Shown piece by piece: positions 11,502-21,495 of a DNA stretch of 64,000 nt. The notes under the pieces were generated by a model. The model worked only from the letters and a program-made list of their open reading frames with translations. It had not been told where the DNA came from and made no database searches. How positions within the stretch are numbered: the stretch's first letter is position 1; each line of letters opens with the position of its first letter. The position numbers and the translations under genes are program-made. Origin of the DNA: Candidatus Poriferisodalis sp. (GTDB lineage: Bacteria; Actinomycetota; Acidimicrobiia; Acidimicrobiales; Poriferisodalaceae); assembly GCF_965204125.1 (NCBI RefSeq), contig NZ_OZ241968.1, forward strand, positions 1,048,840-1,112,839, in the 5' to 3' direction.

Positions 11502-14448
11502 CTAACAGCCACCGTCCTTGAACGGGTTGCTCCCCGCAGCAGGGAACTGCTCGGGGTCGAGCCGGGTCGTGATCCAGTCGGTCTCGCAGAACCCGCCGAA
11601 CTCGCCGGCCAGGTTCGCCAGCGCCGCCTGCGACTGACGCTCGAGCCATGCGGCCCACAGCTTCGCCCCGTCGGTGATGTTCTCCGCATACCAGTCGGGC
11701 ACCCGACCGGCCAGACCGTCCCGCACAACCTGCTCGGCCTCATCTGACGGCGAATCGGGAAGCTCGTCACACCCAGAGAACTCGTAGTAGTGCAACCGCG
11801 CATCCGGCAGCACGAGATGGGTCAGCGTGTCGGCCAGGATCTCCAGATCCCGGTACGTCCCCTTCTCGCACTCGGGGTAGGCCGACGCGAAGTAGAGCTG
11901 CACGGCACCCCATTCCTTCCTCGGCGCCAAGCCGGTGTGCAGGTCATAGACGTGCGCCAACTCGTGCACGATGACGCGCAGGCTCATCTCGGTGATGGTC
12001 ACGCTGTCTGCTTCGCAGCGGAACACGCCGTCCACGCCGAAGCAGCTCGTGCTGACCAGGCCGCCTGCACGCGACGGCGTCACCCAGATTCGATCACGGG
12101 CGTGATCCCAGGCGATCCGCAGCCAACCGAACTCCGCCTCGCGATCGGCAACCTCCTGATCGACCCACGCCAGCAGCAGGTTCCGGTCGAAGCGCGGCGC
12201 TTCGTCGGCGGGAATCACCTTGGGGGTCTTGACACGCGTCGGCGACGACCGATCCCTGGTGGTGCCGTCGCCGATCTGGCCGAAGTCGTTGCCTCCCCAG
12301 CACGAGACCCTGCCGTCACGATGCAGGACGCATGCGTGCGCCTTCACCTTCACCACATGACTGCCGTCCTCGAACTCGGTCGTGTGCCGGGCGACGCTCA
12401 CGTCGATGGCGTCCGAGATTCCCGCCACGCGCCTGGGTGTCGTTCGAGCCGTCGTGGTGCCGTCGCCGAGCTGGCCCCACTTGTTGTTCTGCCCCCAGCA
12501 CGACACGCCGCCGTCTCGGTGGACAGCGCAGCCCGTGCCGTCGCCCATCGCCACGTCGACGACGCCACGCAGGCCCGCGATCTTCCTGAGCGTGATGGGC
12601 TTGCCGTAGGTGTACCAGCACGTCACCTCGCCGCCTGCAACAACCGCGCAGGTGTACTGGCGGCCGACAGAGATGGCGGTCACGTCCCGCAGCCCGTCGA
12701 CTTGCTGCGGCAGACCGCGGAACGGCCATCCCCAGCACGTCACCCGGCCGTTGCTGTGTACCGCACAGGTCGAGCTGTATCCGACGGAGATGGCGACCAC
12801 ATCGGTCACGCCCGCAACCCGTCTGGGGAAGTAGAAGTGCGGCAGATCGCCGCCGTCGCCCAGTTCGCTGCCGTTGTTGGCCCCCCAGCACGACACGCCG
12901 CTGTCGCGGTGCAGCGCGCAGGCAGACTCCCGCCCCACAGCGATGGCCACGGCGTCGGTGAGGCCCTCCACCTTCACCGGCACGTAGTGGGTCACGGTGT
13001 CGCCCTGGCCGAGCTGGCCCCAGCCTCCCGAGCCCCAGCACGAGACGGTGCCGTCGGCGTGCAGGGCACACACGGGCAGTTGGCGATGGCTGTTGCCGAG
13101 CTCCTCGCCGCTGCTGATCGCAACGACGTCGGTCAGGCTTGACGCGCTGAGCTGCTCCCGCAGGCCGTCGCGGCCCCAGCAGGTCACCGTGCGGTCGAGA
13201 CGGACCATGCAGGTACGACCGCTGGAGGCGGCCAGGAGCAGGTCGTCGCTGCGCGGCCCCTCGATCGCCGCGTACTCGCTGGACCCTGCAGGTGCTGAAT
13301 CCCGGGCATCGCCGTCATCGCCGTCGCCGTCGTCATCGGCCGCCTCGGCCGAGTCGCCCGACACCGCTTCCTCGCCGCTGAGGTACGCATCGAGACCGGC
13401 TTGCGACACCGCTGCGTCGCCCCCGAACACGCGCAGGTCCACCGAGTCGTTGGCCGCCCGGGCACGGTCGAAGTAGGCGGCCGTGTCGGCGGGAATGGAA
13501 CCTGGATCGGCCAGCACCAGCGGTGCGCACAGCCGGCCCAGCAGCGGCGCCGCACTGAACGAGTCGAACGGCACCCGCGCCCGTGCCAGCCCGATCGTGC
13601 TGGTGACGAAGCAGTCCTTCCCCGCCGTGTCGCTGTACCGGCCGTCGACCAGCTCGGCCGCCTTCACGGCGGTGTCGTACCGGGTGGTGCCCGCCAGCCG
13701 GGTCACCGACACTCCGAGGGCCCGAATGGAAGCCTCCACGCCGGGGGCGAGCGCTGCGGTGCCGCCCATCAGCACCACATGTTCGATATCTGCTTCGGAC
13801 AGGTAGCCGGCCACGCCGTCGTTCAGCCCGTCAGGTGCGGTGAGCAGCACCGGGTGGCGGCCGTGCGCCGCGAACGGCCCGGCAACGAGCGCGTCAGCGA
13901 AGACGTCGCCGCTCGCCACGATCGCCGTGCGACCGTGCCCCGGCATCACCCCGGCGCTCACCCGGCGGGCCGCCGCCACCGACGTGCCGAACCGGTCCGA
14001 GCCCGCGACACGTTCGACAGCAATGCCAGCGCCCTCGAGAGCATCGCCCACCGCCGCACTCACCCCGCGGCCAGGCCCGTCACCCGCCCCGGCCTCCTCC
14101 GGGCCGACAATCAGCGCCTTCGATACCCCAACCCGCTGCAAGAACGCCAGCGCGTCGGCTCGCAGCTCGCCCGGCGGGGTCATCAGCACCGGCGCTCCGA
14201 GATCGCCAGCGATCGGCGCGGCCACCACGGCGTCGGTCCAGCGCTCTCCCGACACCACCACCGCCCGCTTCGGCGGCCACACCCTCGGCGACACGCAGCG
14301 ACGTGGCATAGCGGTCGGCGCCGCCGTATCGAGTGACGGAGACGTCGTCTCCCGCAGCCGCACTGGCCGGCCCAGACGGCAGAACGGCACCGCTCAGCGC
14401 AACCACCGCGGCGAGCACCGATAGCACCACTGCCCTCGCCCACCGCAC
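11502..14448 (-). pseudogene. CWB2 - RCC1-repeat - HExxH (zincin-like) surface protein with the reading frame broken near 14255-14270
   Basis: ORF 14080..14448 encodes the signal peptide and the first CWB2 motif (MRWARAVVLSVLAAVVALSGAVLPSGPASA...GGADRYATSLRVAEGVAAEAGG). ORF 11502..14390 continues in another frame with AVVVSGERWTDAVVAAPIAGDLGAPVLMTPPG. It then has two more CWB2 repeats, seven xxCA(V/L)HxxGxVxCWG blades and VIVHELAHVYD. Confidence 0.7.
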
Positions 14449-14649
14449 GCCGTGGACCCTAGCTACCTGCCTCAGTGCCAGCCGTTGCGGCCTGCAGCCA
14501 CGGGAATCGAGGATGTCAAGTTCCTGTCGAGGAGTGATGAGGAACGTAGGCGTCGAAGCACTCGCTCTCGGGGTCAGATGCCAACGCCGCCCGCGGAGCG
14601 TGGTCGCGGTCGTCCCAGAACCGCCTCGCCGGTGCGGGGGTCGGCGCGG

Positions 14650-15900
14650 TCAGGTTGCGCTGGTGGAGGCGGGGTTGAGGAATTGGCGCTGCCACAGTTG
14701 GTCTCGCTCTGGGGCGGTGAGCTGGGCCAGGTCGCACACGTCGTTCCATTCGCTGCGGATGGTTTCTGTGTGGTGCTCGACGATGTCGGCGGCGTCCTCT
14801 CGGTCGAGGTGGTAGTGGCCTGCGTGCTCGACGCAGCCGTCGACCTGGCTGATGCGCTCGCCGCCGGGGCCGTAGGCCATGGCCTGGAACGCTTCGCCGC
14901 CGGTGCGCAGCTGCGGGCAGATGTCATACGCGGGCGTGAGCGTGAGCATCTCGCCGTCCCAGAAGGCGGCGTGGTTCTTGGGGTGGTCGTCGGTGTTGCT
15001 CACCAGGATGTTGAACACGATGCGCGAGAACAGCTCGCGCAGCGTCGCGTCGGCTGAGATGAATCGGGCCCGGATCTGGTCTGCGAGGTCGACATAGGTG
15101 CCGTATCGGCCTGCGATGCCGCCCGCGGCGTGCAGGTTCAGCACCGTGAGCGCCGACACCGTCAGGCGACGTCCGCCGTCGGGCGTGCGGTCGAACCGGT
15201 CCACCACCAGCACGTCGCGGCCCGCGGCGGAGCTCAGCGTGACCGGGGCGGCGTCGATGCCGGCTCGGCGCGCCAGTTCCATCGCGACGAACTCGGCCTT
15301 GACCACCGGGAAGCTGTCGGCTGCGGAGCTGAACTTCGCGATCATGTGACGCGACCCCTCCACGAGAGTCGCCTTGGGGCGTGCGCCGCCCATCGAGGTG
15401 CCTCCCAGCAGCGCCCGCTCCAACGCCGGCGGCAGCGCACGGCCCTCCTCGATGCTGGCGGCCGCCTCGGCCAGCTCGGCCAGCGACGACTGCTCGGCGA
15501 CCCTCGGCACATAGTCGGCAGGCGAGGCCTGGAAGTCGAGCGCCCCGGCGCGGTCGGAGCCCGAGCAGAGCAGGTAGCCGAGCTCGGAGAGGTCCCGGTC
15601 CGCGAGGCGGTTCCGGTGCTCGATCACCCTGCGGCCCCACGCATCGGGCGCACTGTCGGCGATGCAGCCCGGCAGGGACCCCGACGCGGGCGGCACCTCC
15701 CCGGGCACCAGCGGCAGGTCGGGCAAGTACAGCGGCACGGCATCGGGATTGTCGAGGTAGCTGCGGCCGTAGGTGAATGTCGCCACAGGCCCTCGGTCAT
15801 CGAGGCGCCCCGCCACCACCGGCTCCACGGCGCCCGCAAGCCACACCCACACGTACACCGTGGGCGGGTTCAGCAGCGATTCAGAAGTCGTCATCGACAT
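14650..15900 (-). CDS. hipA: HipA-family serine/threonine kinase toxin
   Basis: Motifs GGARPKATL, VVDRFDR and NTDDHPKNHAAFWDG. The likely start, ATG 15900 or 15894 (MSMTTSES), overlaps the 3' end of the upstream HTH gene. The ORF is open from 15933. Confidence 0.85.
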   Translation of the reverse strand: MSMTTSESLLNPPTVYVWVWLAGAVEPVVAGRLDDRGPVATFTYGRSYLDNPDAVPLYLPDLPLVPGEVPPASGSLPGCIADSAPDAWGRRVIEHRNRLADRDLSELGYLLCSGSDRAGALDFQASPADYVPRVAEQSSLAELAEAAASIEEGRALPPALERALLGGTSMGGARPKATLVEGSRHMIAKFSSAADSFPVVKAEFVAMELARRAGIDAAPVTLSSAAGRDVLVVDRFDRTPDGGRRLTVSALTVLNLHAAGGIAGRYGTYVDLADQIRARFISADATLRELFSRIVFNILVSNTDDHPKNHAAFWDGEMLTLTPAYDICPQLRTGGEAFQAMAYGPGGERISQVDGCVEHAGHYHLDREDAADIVEHHTETIRSEWNDVCDLAQLTAPERDQLWQRQFLNPASTSAT

Positions 15901-16216
15901 GACGCCGCCGCACCCGCTGAGGCAGAACGGCAAGGCGGGCCTCGACGAGATCCGCCTCGCGCGCCAGCGTCACCGCGTCGTCGGTGAACAGCGGAACGCC
16001 GACCAGCGCTGCTGCCTCGAACACGGTGCCCAACGCCACCGACGGGTCGCCTCGCTCCACCTTGCCCATCGTGGCCGCGCTGCAGCCCACCCGCTCCGCG
16101 AGCTCCGCGATGGTCCACCGGCGCTCTCGCCGCGCGAGCGCGATACGCCGCCCGAGCAGCCGAGCTGCCTCCACAGTCGAGCGACTCAACGGCCGGCCCG
16201 TTCCCATGACACCCAA
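15881..16216 (-). CDS. hipB: XRE-family helix-turn-helix antitoxin (HipB-like)
   Basis: HTH segment RRWTIAELAERVGCSAATMGKVERGDPSVALGTVFEAAALVGVPLF. Its stop overlaps the hipA start. Confidence 0.8.
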   Translation of the reverse strand: MGVMGTGRPLSRSTVEAARLLGRRIALARRERRWTIAELAERVGCSAATMGKVERGDPSVALGTVFEAAALVGVPLFTDDAVTLAREADLVEARLAVLPQRVRRRHVDDDF

Positions 16217-16335
16217 TATATTGTGTTTTAAGAGCTTTAAAACAAATATTTTGATGATACGGCGGAAACTCCTGCCGATGCGTCGGGCGGCGCGTCATCG
16301 GACGAGGACAGCGACTCGCCGGCTCCAGCAGACGC

Positions 16336-16369
16336 GAGGAGCCCCGGGGCCGAAACCCCGGGGCTCCTC
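16336..16369 (-). terminator. Conserved GC-rich hairpin terminator (copy T1) downstream of S1
   Basis: gaggagccccgggg-ccgaaa-ccccggggctcctc, a perfect 14-bp stem. It is preceded by a ~70-nt conserved 3' UTR (16370-16439) shared with the S3, S2 and right-edge copies. Confidence 0.8.
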
Positions 16370-16439
16370 TCAGTTTTGCTGTACCGATCAGGCGGGCAAG
16401 CCGCCCGAGCGGTTTAGGTCAACTGTGCAGCTGACTCCT

Positions 16440-19394
16440 TTAGGGAGTCGGGCTGCTGCCGCTGATACGGGTCTTCCCGCCGTAGTTGAAGTCGTTCTCA
16501 CCAGCGGCCGTGTCGCCGTAGCCATTGGCCACCGAGTCGGTGTCGGTGGTGTCCTGCCGGTCGACAACGGTGGTGGTGGTGTCACTGTCGATCGCTTTGC
16601 CGTTGGCGTCCTTGTCGAAGCCGTCGGGAATGTCGACGATGTCACGCAGCTTCGGCAGCGCGAGCGCAGCCGTGTTGTCCGTCACAACCGTTGCGATGTT
16701 GAACGACCTAGTCCTCTTCGGACCAACGGTTGTCCCCGTCATGGCGAGACCGGTGCCGTCAGTGATGCCGAGGGCTGTCAGCGTGGTCGCCAGCACCGGC
16801 GACTCAACGCCTGGCTGGTGACGACCCATGGCGCCAGCCAGCACATGCGTCATCAGTCGGGTCGACTGATCATCGCTGATGTCCTCGACCCAGCCGTTGA
16901 ACGTGATCGTGACGGTCGCCGTGGTCTGACCACCGGTCAGCGTCGTGATGTCGTCACCGTCGTCACCTGACTCAGGTGTGGTAGTGCCCGACACCGGGAG
17001 GTCCATGTGACGCAGCTCCAGGTTGGCCGACTTGCAGGTGTCAACCGGTGTGCCGCCCGGATCGCTGTAGGCGTTGTCAACGAGGACGTTGAACAGACTG
17101 CTCACCGTCGCGTTGCCCTCCAGCGCTGCCTTCAGGTCAGCGAACTTCGGCTTGCCGTTGACGATCCGCACCACGATCCGGCGGTCCTTGGTGCTGACGA
17201 AGACGTCGATATCAGCGTCCTTGTCACCGTCCCAAGTACTCGCCCGGTCGGCCCGGATGGTCCAGCCGTTGCCGACCGTTCCGGCCGCCTTGCCGTCCGC
17301 CTTGGCCTGCAGCCACACGCCCGGATTGGTGGGCGTGTTGCGGGCAGTCGGAGCGGTGCCTGTCTGATTGGCCGCCGGGATGGCTGCTATGGCCTGGGCC
17401 GGGTGCTTCACGCTGCCGATCGACACGTTGGTCACCTGAAGCTTCTGCACCGGGCTGACCGGCACGCCAGTAGTGACCTGGCTCTCGTTGCCAGCCGTGT
17501 CCTCAATCGCACCACGGTTGGCCCGGAAGCGGTCGTTGGCGTCGATGACATCGGACTCAGTGGCATCGGTGCCGGTGACGTCGCCGAGGGCGAATGTCAG
17601 CAGCGCACTCTTGCGGTCTGAACCAGCCGTGTCGAAGTCGATCTGACTCGCGGTCACGCCCGTGATGCCGACATCGCCGGCAGTCACCTGGAACAGCTTT
17701 GCCAGTTCAGCGCCCGTCGGTGCTGTCTCTGCCAACAGTCCTGTCCGGGCCAGTGCCGTGTTGTCCGACACCAAGCCGTAGAGCGCCGTGTGGCCCCGGA
17801 TGGCGACGATCCGAATCGACGGACGCTGCCTGTCAGGGGTCGGCGCGGGCACGGTGGCCGATGCGGGCTGCACGGTCCGGCGGTCGTCACCGGCGCCCAC
17901 CAGCACAGTGCCAGCCACGATCGAGACCTTGTCGCCGGCCTCCAGGCCGCCTACACGCTCGATAGTCACGGTCACCGAATCCGGGTCGCAAACGGCCGCT
18001 GTGGAAGCGTCCGTCGCGATGTCCACGGGTACACCGTTGACCTGGAGGATGTCCTCCAGCCGGTTCCGCAGGTCAACCGCGGTGGACGGCGCAACATCAT
18101 CGCTGAAGTACAGCGTCACCCGATTGTCGCCCGGAACCAAGATCGGCGTCTTGCCATCCGCCGCAAAGCGGTTCTCGTTGGTTGTGGCGTCGCTGTCGTC
18201 GGCTGCTGCAGTACCGATCGTGACGGTCAGTGCGTCGGCCGAGGCAGCAGCGTCCTTCGCCGCTGACATGACTGCGTCGCTCACCGCGGCGGTGCCGCCG
18301 ATGGCCAGGATCCGCAGGTGCAGCTTGTTGCCGCCGACCTCTTCAGGCGTGCCAGCCAGGTAGTCGCGCACCGAAGCAGGCAGGGTGTCGCCGACCGCGA
18401 GGATCGGGATCAGACCGCTGCCGAGCTGGTCGGTGTCGTCAGCGAGCACCGGAGCGGCCGGAATGCCGTCGATCACGCTGTCGCTGTTGATCAGCGCCAC
18501 GGTGTTGGTGGACACCGGCGACAGGTCATCAGCGCACGCGTCGCCCATCACTTTGGCGATGTTCACCGACACCTCACCGGCAGAATCGCCGCCGATGCGC
18601 TCGACCGTGTCGACGCCAGCGTTCTCCAGTGCGGTCATGACGTCGGCAGACACGCTGCCCTCGCCGCCGACCACTACTGCATGCTCCACGTTCTCGGTTT
18701 CGATATAGCTCACGACCGCGTCGACGAGATCGTCGCCGGCAGTCAGCAGCACCGGCAGCTCGAGCCGGTTCGCCACCGGGCCGATCGCCACAGCGTTGAA
18801 CAGCGAGTCATCAGAACCGTTCACCACGATCGCGGAGTTCTCATTGGTGCCGCACCACGACTCACCCGACAGGTTCGACGCAATCGCAGCCGAAGTGTCA
18901 TAACGGGTGTCGCCCGAGATACGGGTCACCTTCGGGCTGTTGGCCAGCCCCTTGAGGGCATCTTCCACGGCACTGCTGACGGCTGCCTCGCCGCCGAGCA
19001 CGTACAGATTGCCGATGCCGTAGTCCTCGATGTAGTCGGCCACTGCACCATGCAGGGCGCCCGACTGCGTCAACAGAACTGGGGCGTCCATGAAGCCCGC
19101 CAGACCGGACACAGAAACAGCGTCGACCAACGACTCGCCCGATGCGACGAACGCATTCGAGACCGAGCCGATGCCGCCGCGGTCATTCGCGAAGCGGGTG
19201 GCGAGCTTCAGCGCCGTCTGGTAGCGGTCGCTACCGGCGAACTCGCGTGCGCCTGCGGCGGTGAGGTACTCACCAGATGTGTTTGCGGCTTGGGCTGGGT
19301 TTCCCGCTACGACTGCCAGCACCGATGCCATCAGCATCGCCGCCAGGATCGCAGCGAGGGAACGCCTGCCTCGCCGCTTCGAGTAGGTAGTCAA
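16440..19394 (-). CDS. Large CWB2-anchored surface protein, putative S-layer-type paralog S1 (984 aa)
   Basis: TTG start. N-terminus MTTYSKRRGRRSLAAILAAMLMASVLAVVAGNPAQAANT. Three CWB2 units (GSDRYQTALKLATRF, SGDTRYDTSAAIASNL, GGDSAGEVSVNIAKVM). About 90% identical to S3 over the first ~400 aa by eye. C-terminal tail NDFNYGGKTRISGSSPTP. Confidence 0.85.
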   Translation of the reverse strand: MTTYSKRRGRRSLAAILAAMLMASVLAVVAGNPAQAANTSGEYLTAAGAREFAGSDRYQTALKLATRFANDRGGIGSVSNAFVASGESLVDAVSVSGLAGFMDAPVLLTQSGALHGAVADYIEDYGIGNLYVLGGEAAVSSAVEDALKGLANSPKVTRISGDTRYDTSAAIASNLSGESWCGTNENSAIVVNGSDDSLFNAVAIGPVANRLELPVLLTAGDDLVDAVVSYIETENVEHAVVVGGEGSVSADVMTALENAGVDTVERIGGDSAGEVSVNIAKVMGDACADDLSPVSTNTVALINSDSVIDGIPAAPVLADDTDQLGSGLIPILAVGDTLPASVRDYLAGTPEEVGGNKLHLRILAIGGTAAVSDAVMSAAKDAAASADALTVTIGTAAADDSDATTNENRFAADGKTPILVPGDNRVTLYFSDDVAPSTAVDLRNRLEDILQVNGVPVDIATDASTAAVCDPDSVTVTIERVGGLEAGDKVSIVAGTVLVGAGDDRRTVQPASATVPAPTPDRQRPSIRIVAIRGHTALYGLVSDNTALARTGLLAETAPTGAELAKLFQVTAGDVGITGVTASQIDFDTAGSDRKSALLTFALGDVTGTDATESDVIDANDRFRANRGAIEDTAGNESQVTTGVPVSPVQKLQVTNVSIGSVKHPAQAIAAIPAANQTGTAPTARNTPTNPGVWLQAKADGKAAGTVGNGWTIRADRASTWDGDKDADIDVFVSTKDRRIVVRIVNGKPKFADLKAALEGNATVSSLFNVLVDNAYSDPGGTPVDTCKSANLELRHMDLPVSGTTTPESGDDGDDITTLTGGQTTATVTITFNGWVEDISDDQSTRLMTHVLAGAMGRHQPGVESPVLATTLTALGITDGTGLAMTGTTVGPKRTRSFNIATVVTDNTAALALPKLRDIVDIPDGFDKDANGKAIDSDTTTTVVDRQDTTDTDSVANGYGDTAAGENDFNYGGKTRISGSSPTP

Positions 19395-19447
19395 GGTTAT
19401 GTTTCTCCTTGTTCGGCTCCTTTCCGTGTGATTTCGAGCGCTGATAA
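19395..19447 (-). promoter_or_regulatory. Full surface-gene 5' leader (copy A) with two SD-like purine tracts
   Basis: Minus strand reads ttatcagcgctcgaaatcacacGGAAAGGAGccgaacAAGGAGAaacataacc followed by TTG. Nearly identical to the leader at 56362..56418. Confidence 0.7.
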
Positions 19448-19596
19448 CTCACTCGGCGGCGGCCCGTGAAGCACCCCGGCTGCACCGGTCAGCGCATCGG
19501 CGCCGGTCATGACTGGTCGGGCGACACTTCTGCCTGAACGATGCCGCAGTACTGAATGGAGCCCCGCGGCGCCCTCAAAGGAGAAGTCATATAGAT

Positions 19597-20205
19597 ATGG
19601 ACAAGATCACGTACTACGACGAGCTGCAGAAGGGCTCGCAGGCGTACGGCGAACACTTGGATCGCCTGCTCATCGCATCGATGGGCATCATCTTGGCAAC
19701 CCTCGGGTACGGCGCTGCGTTCTACGCGAGCTCACTCGCCGAGCGAGCATTCAGGCCATTTGTGGGGATTGGGGGCCTGCTGCTCGTGTTAGCACTGCTG
19801 CCGAGCTGCGTGCTGTACCTCAGCCGTTCGAACGTCACGCCGAGCCCGGACCGGCGAGCGCTCAACCCAGGCCTGCACAGGTACTGCGCCGAGAATTCTG
19901 CTCGATGGAATCGGCTGCGGCTGCACATGCTGGGCGCAGCGTGGTTCACGATCTTCGCGATCGGCGCCCTCGTAGTTGCCGCGCTGTCGATCGGCACCTC
20001 GGCGTCGGCGATCTCATGGCAGCGCTCGCATGTGCTCGGCGTCGTGACGGCACTTCTCGCCGCGGGCTTCACGCTGTATGGCCACGTACAGGTCGGGCGA
20101 TGGATCATGGGCCGCAGGCAGAGGGAGTTGCGCCAACGGCTCGCCGCGGGCGATGTCTTCGACCTCGGCGGTTACGGCCTGACGCGCAAGCGCGAACAGT
20201 CCTAG
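19597..20205 (+). CDS. Hypothetical integral membrane protein (about 4 TM segments)
   Basis: ATG preceded by aaggagaagtcatataga (strong SD). Hydrophobic stretches LLIASMGIILATLGYGAAFY, FVGIGGLLLVLALLPSCVLYL, LGAAWFTIFAIGALVVAALSI and VLGVVTALLAAGFTLYG. Confidence 0.65.
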   Translation: MDKITYYDELQKGSQAYGEHLDRLLIASMGIILATLGYGAAFYASSLAERAFRPFVGIGGLLLVLALLPSCVLYLSRSNVTPSPDRRALNPGLHRYCAENSARWNRLRLHMLGAAWFTIFAIGALVVAALSIGTSASAISWQRSHVLGVVTALLAAGFTLYGHVQVGRWIMGRRQRELRQRLAAGDVFDLGGYGLTRKREQS

Positions 20206-20416
20206 TTGAGACGCAGGCTTCGAAAGCTGTGGCGCTCGTGACGCAACTGAGGCTCCGCCTACAGACTCCGCGCGTCGCATCGACGGCAAGTGGCCGGAGA
20301 ACGCCACGCTCGTCGCTGACGCCATGCAGGGGGCTGTCGCTGAGCCGGACCATGGCGAACCGCGGTAACCGCTCATCCGCGATCCACACACAGGTGTTCG
20401 GTACTCTCGAATAGCG

Positions 20417-20444
20417 CTGCCCCCCAGCCGAAGCCGGGGGGCAG
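20417..20444. terminator. GC hairpin ctgcccccc...ggggggcag
   Basis: Inverted repeat read from the sequence, about 210 bp downstream of 19597..20205. The owning gene is uncertain. Confidence 0.35.
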
Positions 20445-20980
20445 ATGGTACGTCCACCTGACATGAGCAGGTGGCGCTGAGCACAGCCCTGCCGGAGAAA
20501 CCGGTGGGGCTGTGTCTCGTATCAGCGTAGCACGTCCATACACCCGCGCGCGGACAGTCCACGAATCACGCTCAGTGCGCGATTCAGATCCCGAGTTGGC
20601 GCCGGGCGATGCGCAGTTCAGCCAGACAAGTGCCTATGTCGGTCGCGACGCCACGAACCACAGCCCAGTCGTCGTCGGACAGGATCACCGAGCAGCCTGA
20701 GCAGGGCGGCTAGGCCCTACACACAGCGCTGAAGCGGTGCCGCTGGCCGGTGGGCCGGACACTGCGACGATTGAGGTATGGCAGCACAGGATCAGCCCAA
20801 ACCGCGTGAGAAACCGCAGCGTCGAGAGACAGCGGAACCGATCCCCGACAGCATGGAGAACGTCGCGGCTGCGGCCCTGGACACGCCACCGAAGAAGAAC
20901 TGGCGCTACCTCAACAAGCGCTAGAGCGACCGTCTCTGCTGAGACGGTGCCCGTGGAAACTCGACAGGTACCGTTGCGCT

Positions 20981-21319
20981 ATGGGCGAACCATTCGACAT
21001 CGGCCAAGAGTGGGCGCTGCGCTGGCTCAACAAGAATCATCCCGTGGAAGCGCCACGCAACCAGAGCCCGATTGACGCCGTGGACTACTGCCAAGACGTA
21101 GCGAACGCGGTGAACGCGCACGCAGTGAAGAAGCTGGCTGAGTTCGAGGCTGTGCTGCGACGCACGCTGATGGACGCGCTCGAAGGTGAGACTGAGCCGA
21201 AGTGTGTGCGGGTGTCGGCAGCGGACCTGTTGGAGTCCGATCGCATGACGTTCCTCGGGAGGAAGATCACGCACGGTGTTGAGCGGCCACGCCGGTTCCC
21301 TGTGAACTTGCACTCCTAG
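20981..21319 (+). CDS. Hypothetical protein (112 aa)
   Basis: ORF with ordinary amino-acid composition in a locally lower-GC segment. No recognisable motif. Confidence 0.4.
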   Translation: MGEPFDIGQEWALRWLNKNHPVEAPRNQSPIDAVDYCQDVANAVNAHAVKKLAEFEAVLRRTLMDALEGETEPKCVRVSAADLLESDRMTFLGRKITHGVERPRRFPVNLHS

Positions 21320-21495
21320 CCGCTTGGGGGAACAGCCCTATAGCCCCCCTCTCGATCAATGGGCCGCCGAGACCGCCAATTGCAGAACCGAGTTGCCGTC
21401 AGTTCAACGGCAGAGACCTCGGGTCACCCCGCATGAATGCACGACAGCCAAAAAATGAGGGCGAGGGTCAAACGATGCAGGGATAGTGTCCGCGC

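Noticed and set aside
19597-21319. A hidden TIR (ThsB-like) partner for the SIR2-SLOG gene among 19597..20205, the 48-codon ORF 20778..20924 or 20981..21319
   Set aside because: 19597..20205 is a 4-TM protein, and the others are too short or lack any TIR-like pattern. This needs confirmation by profile or structure search.
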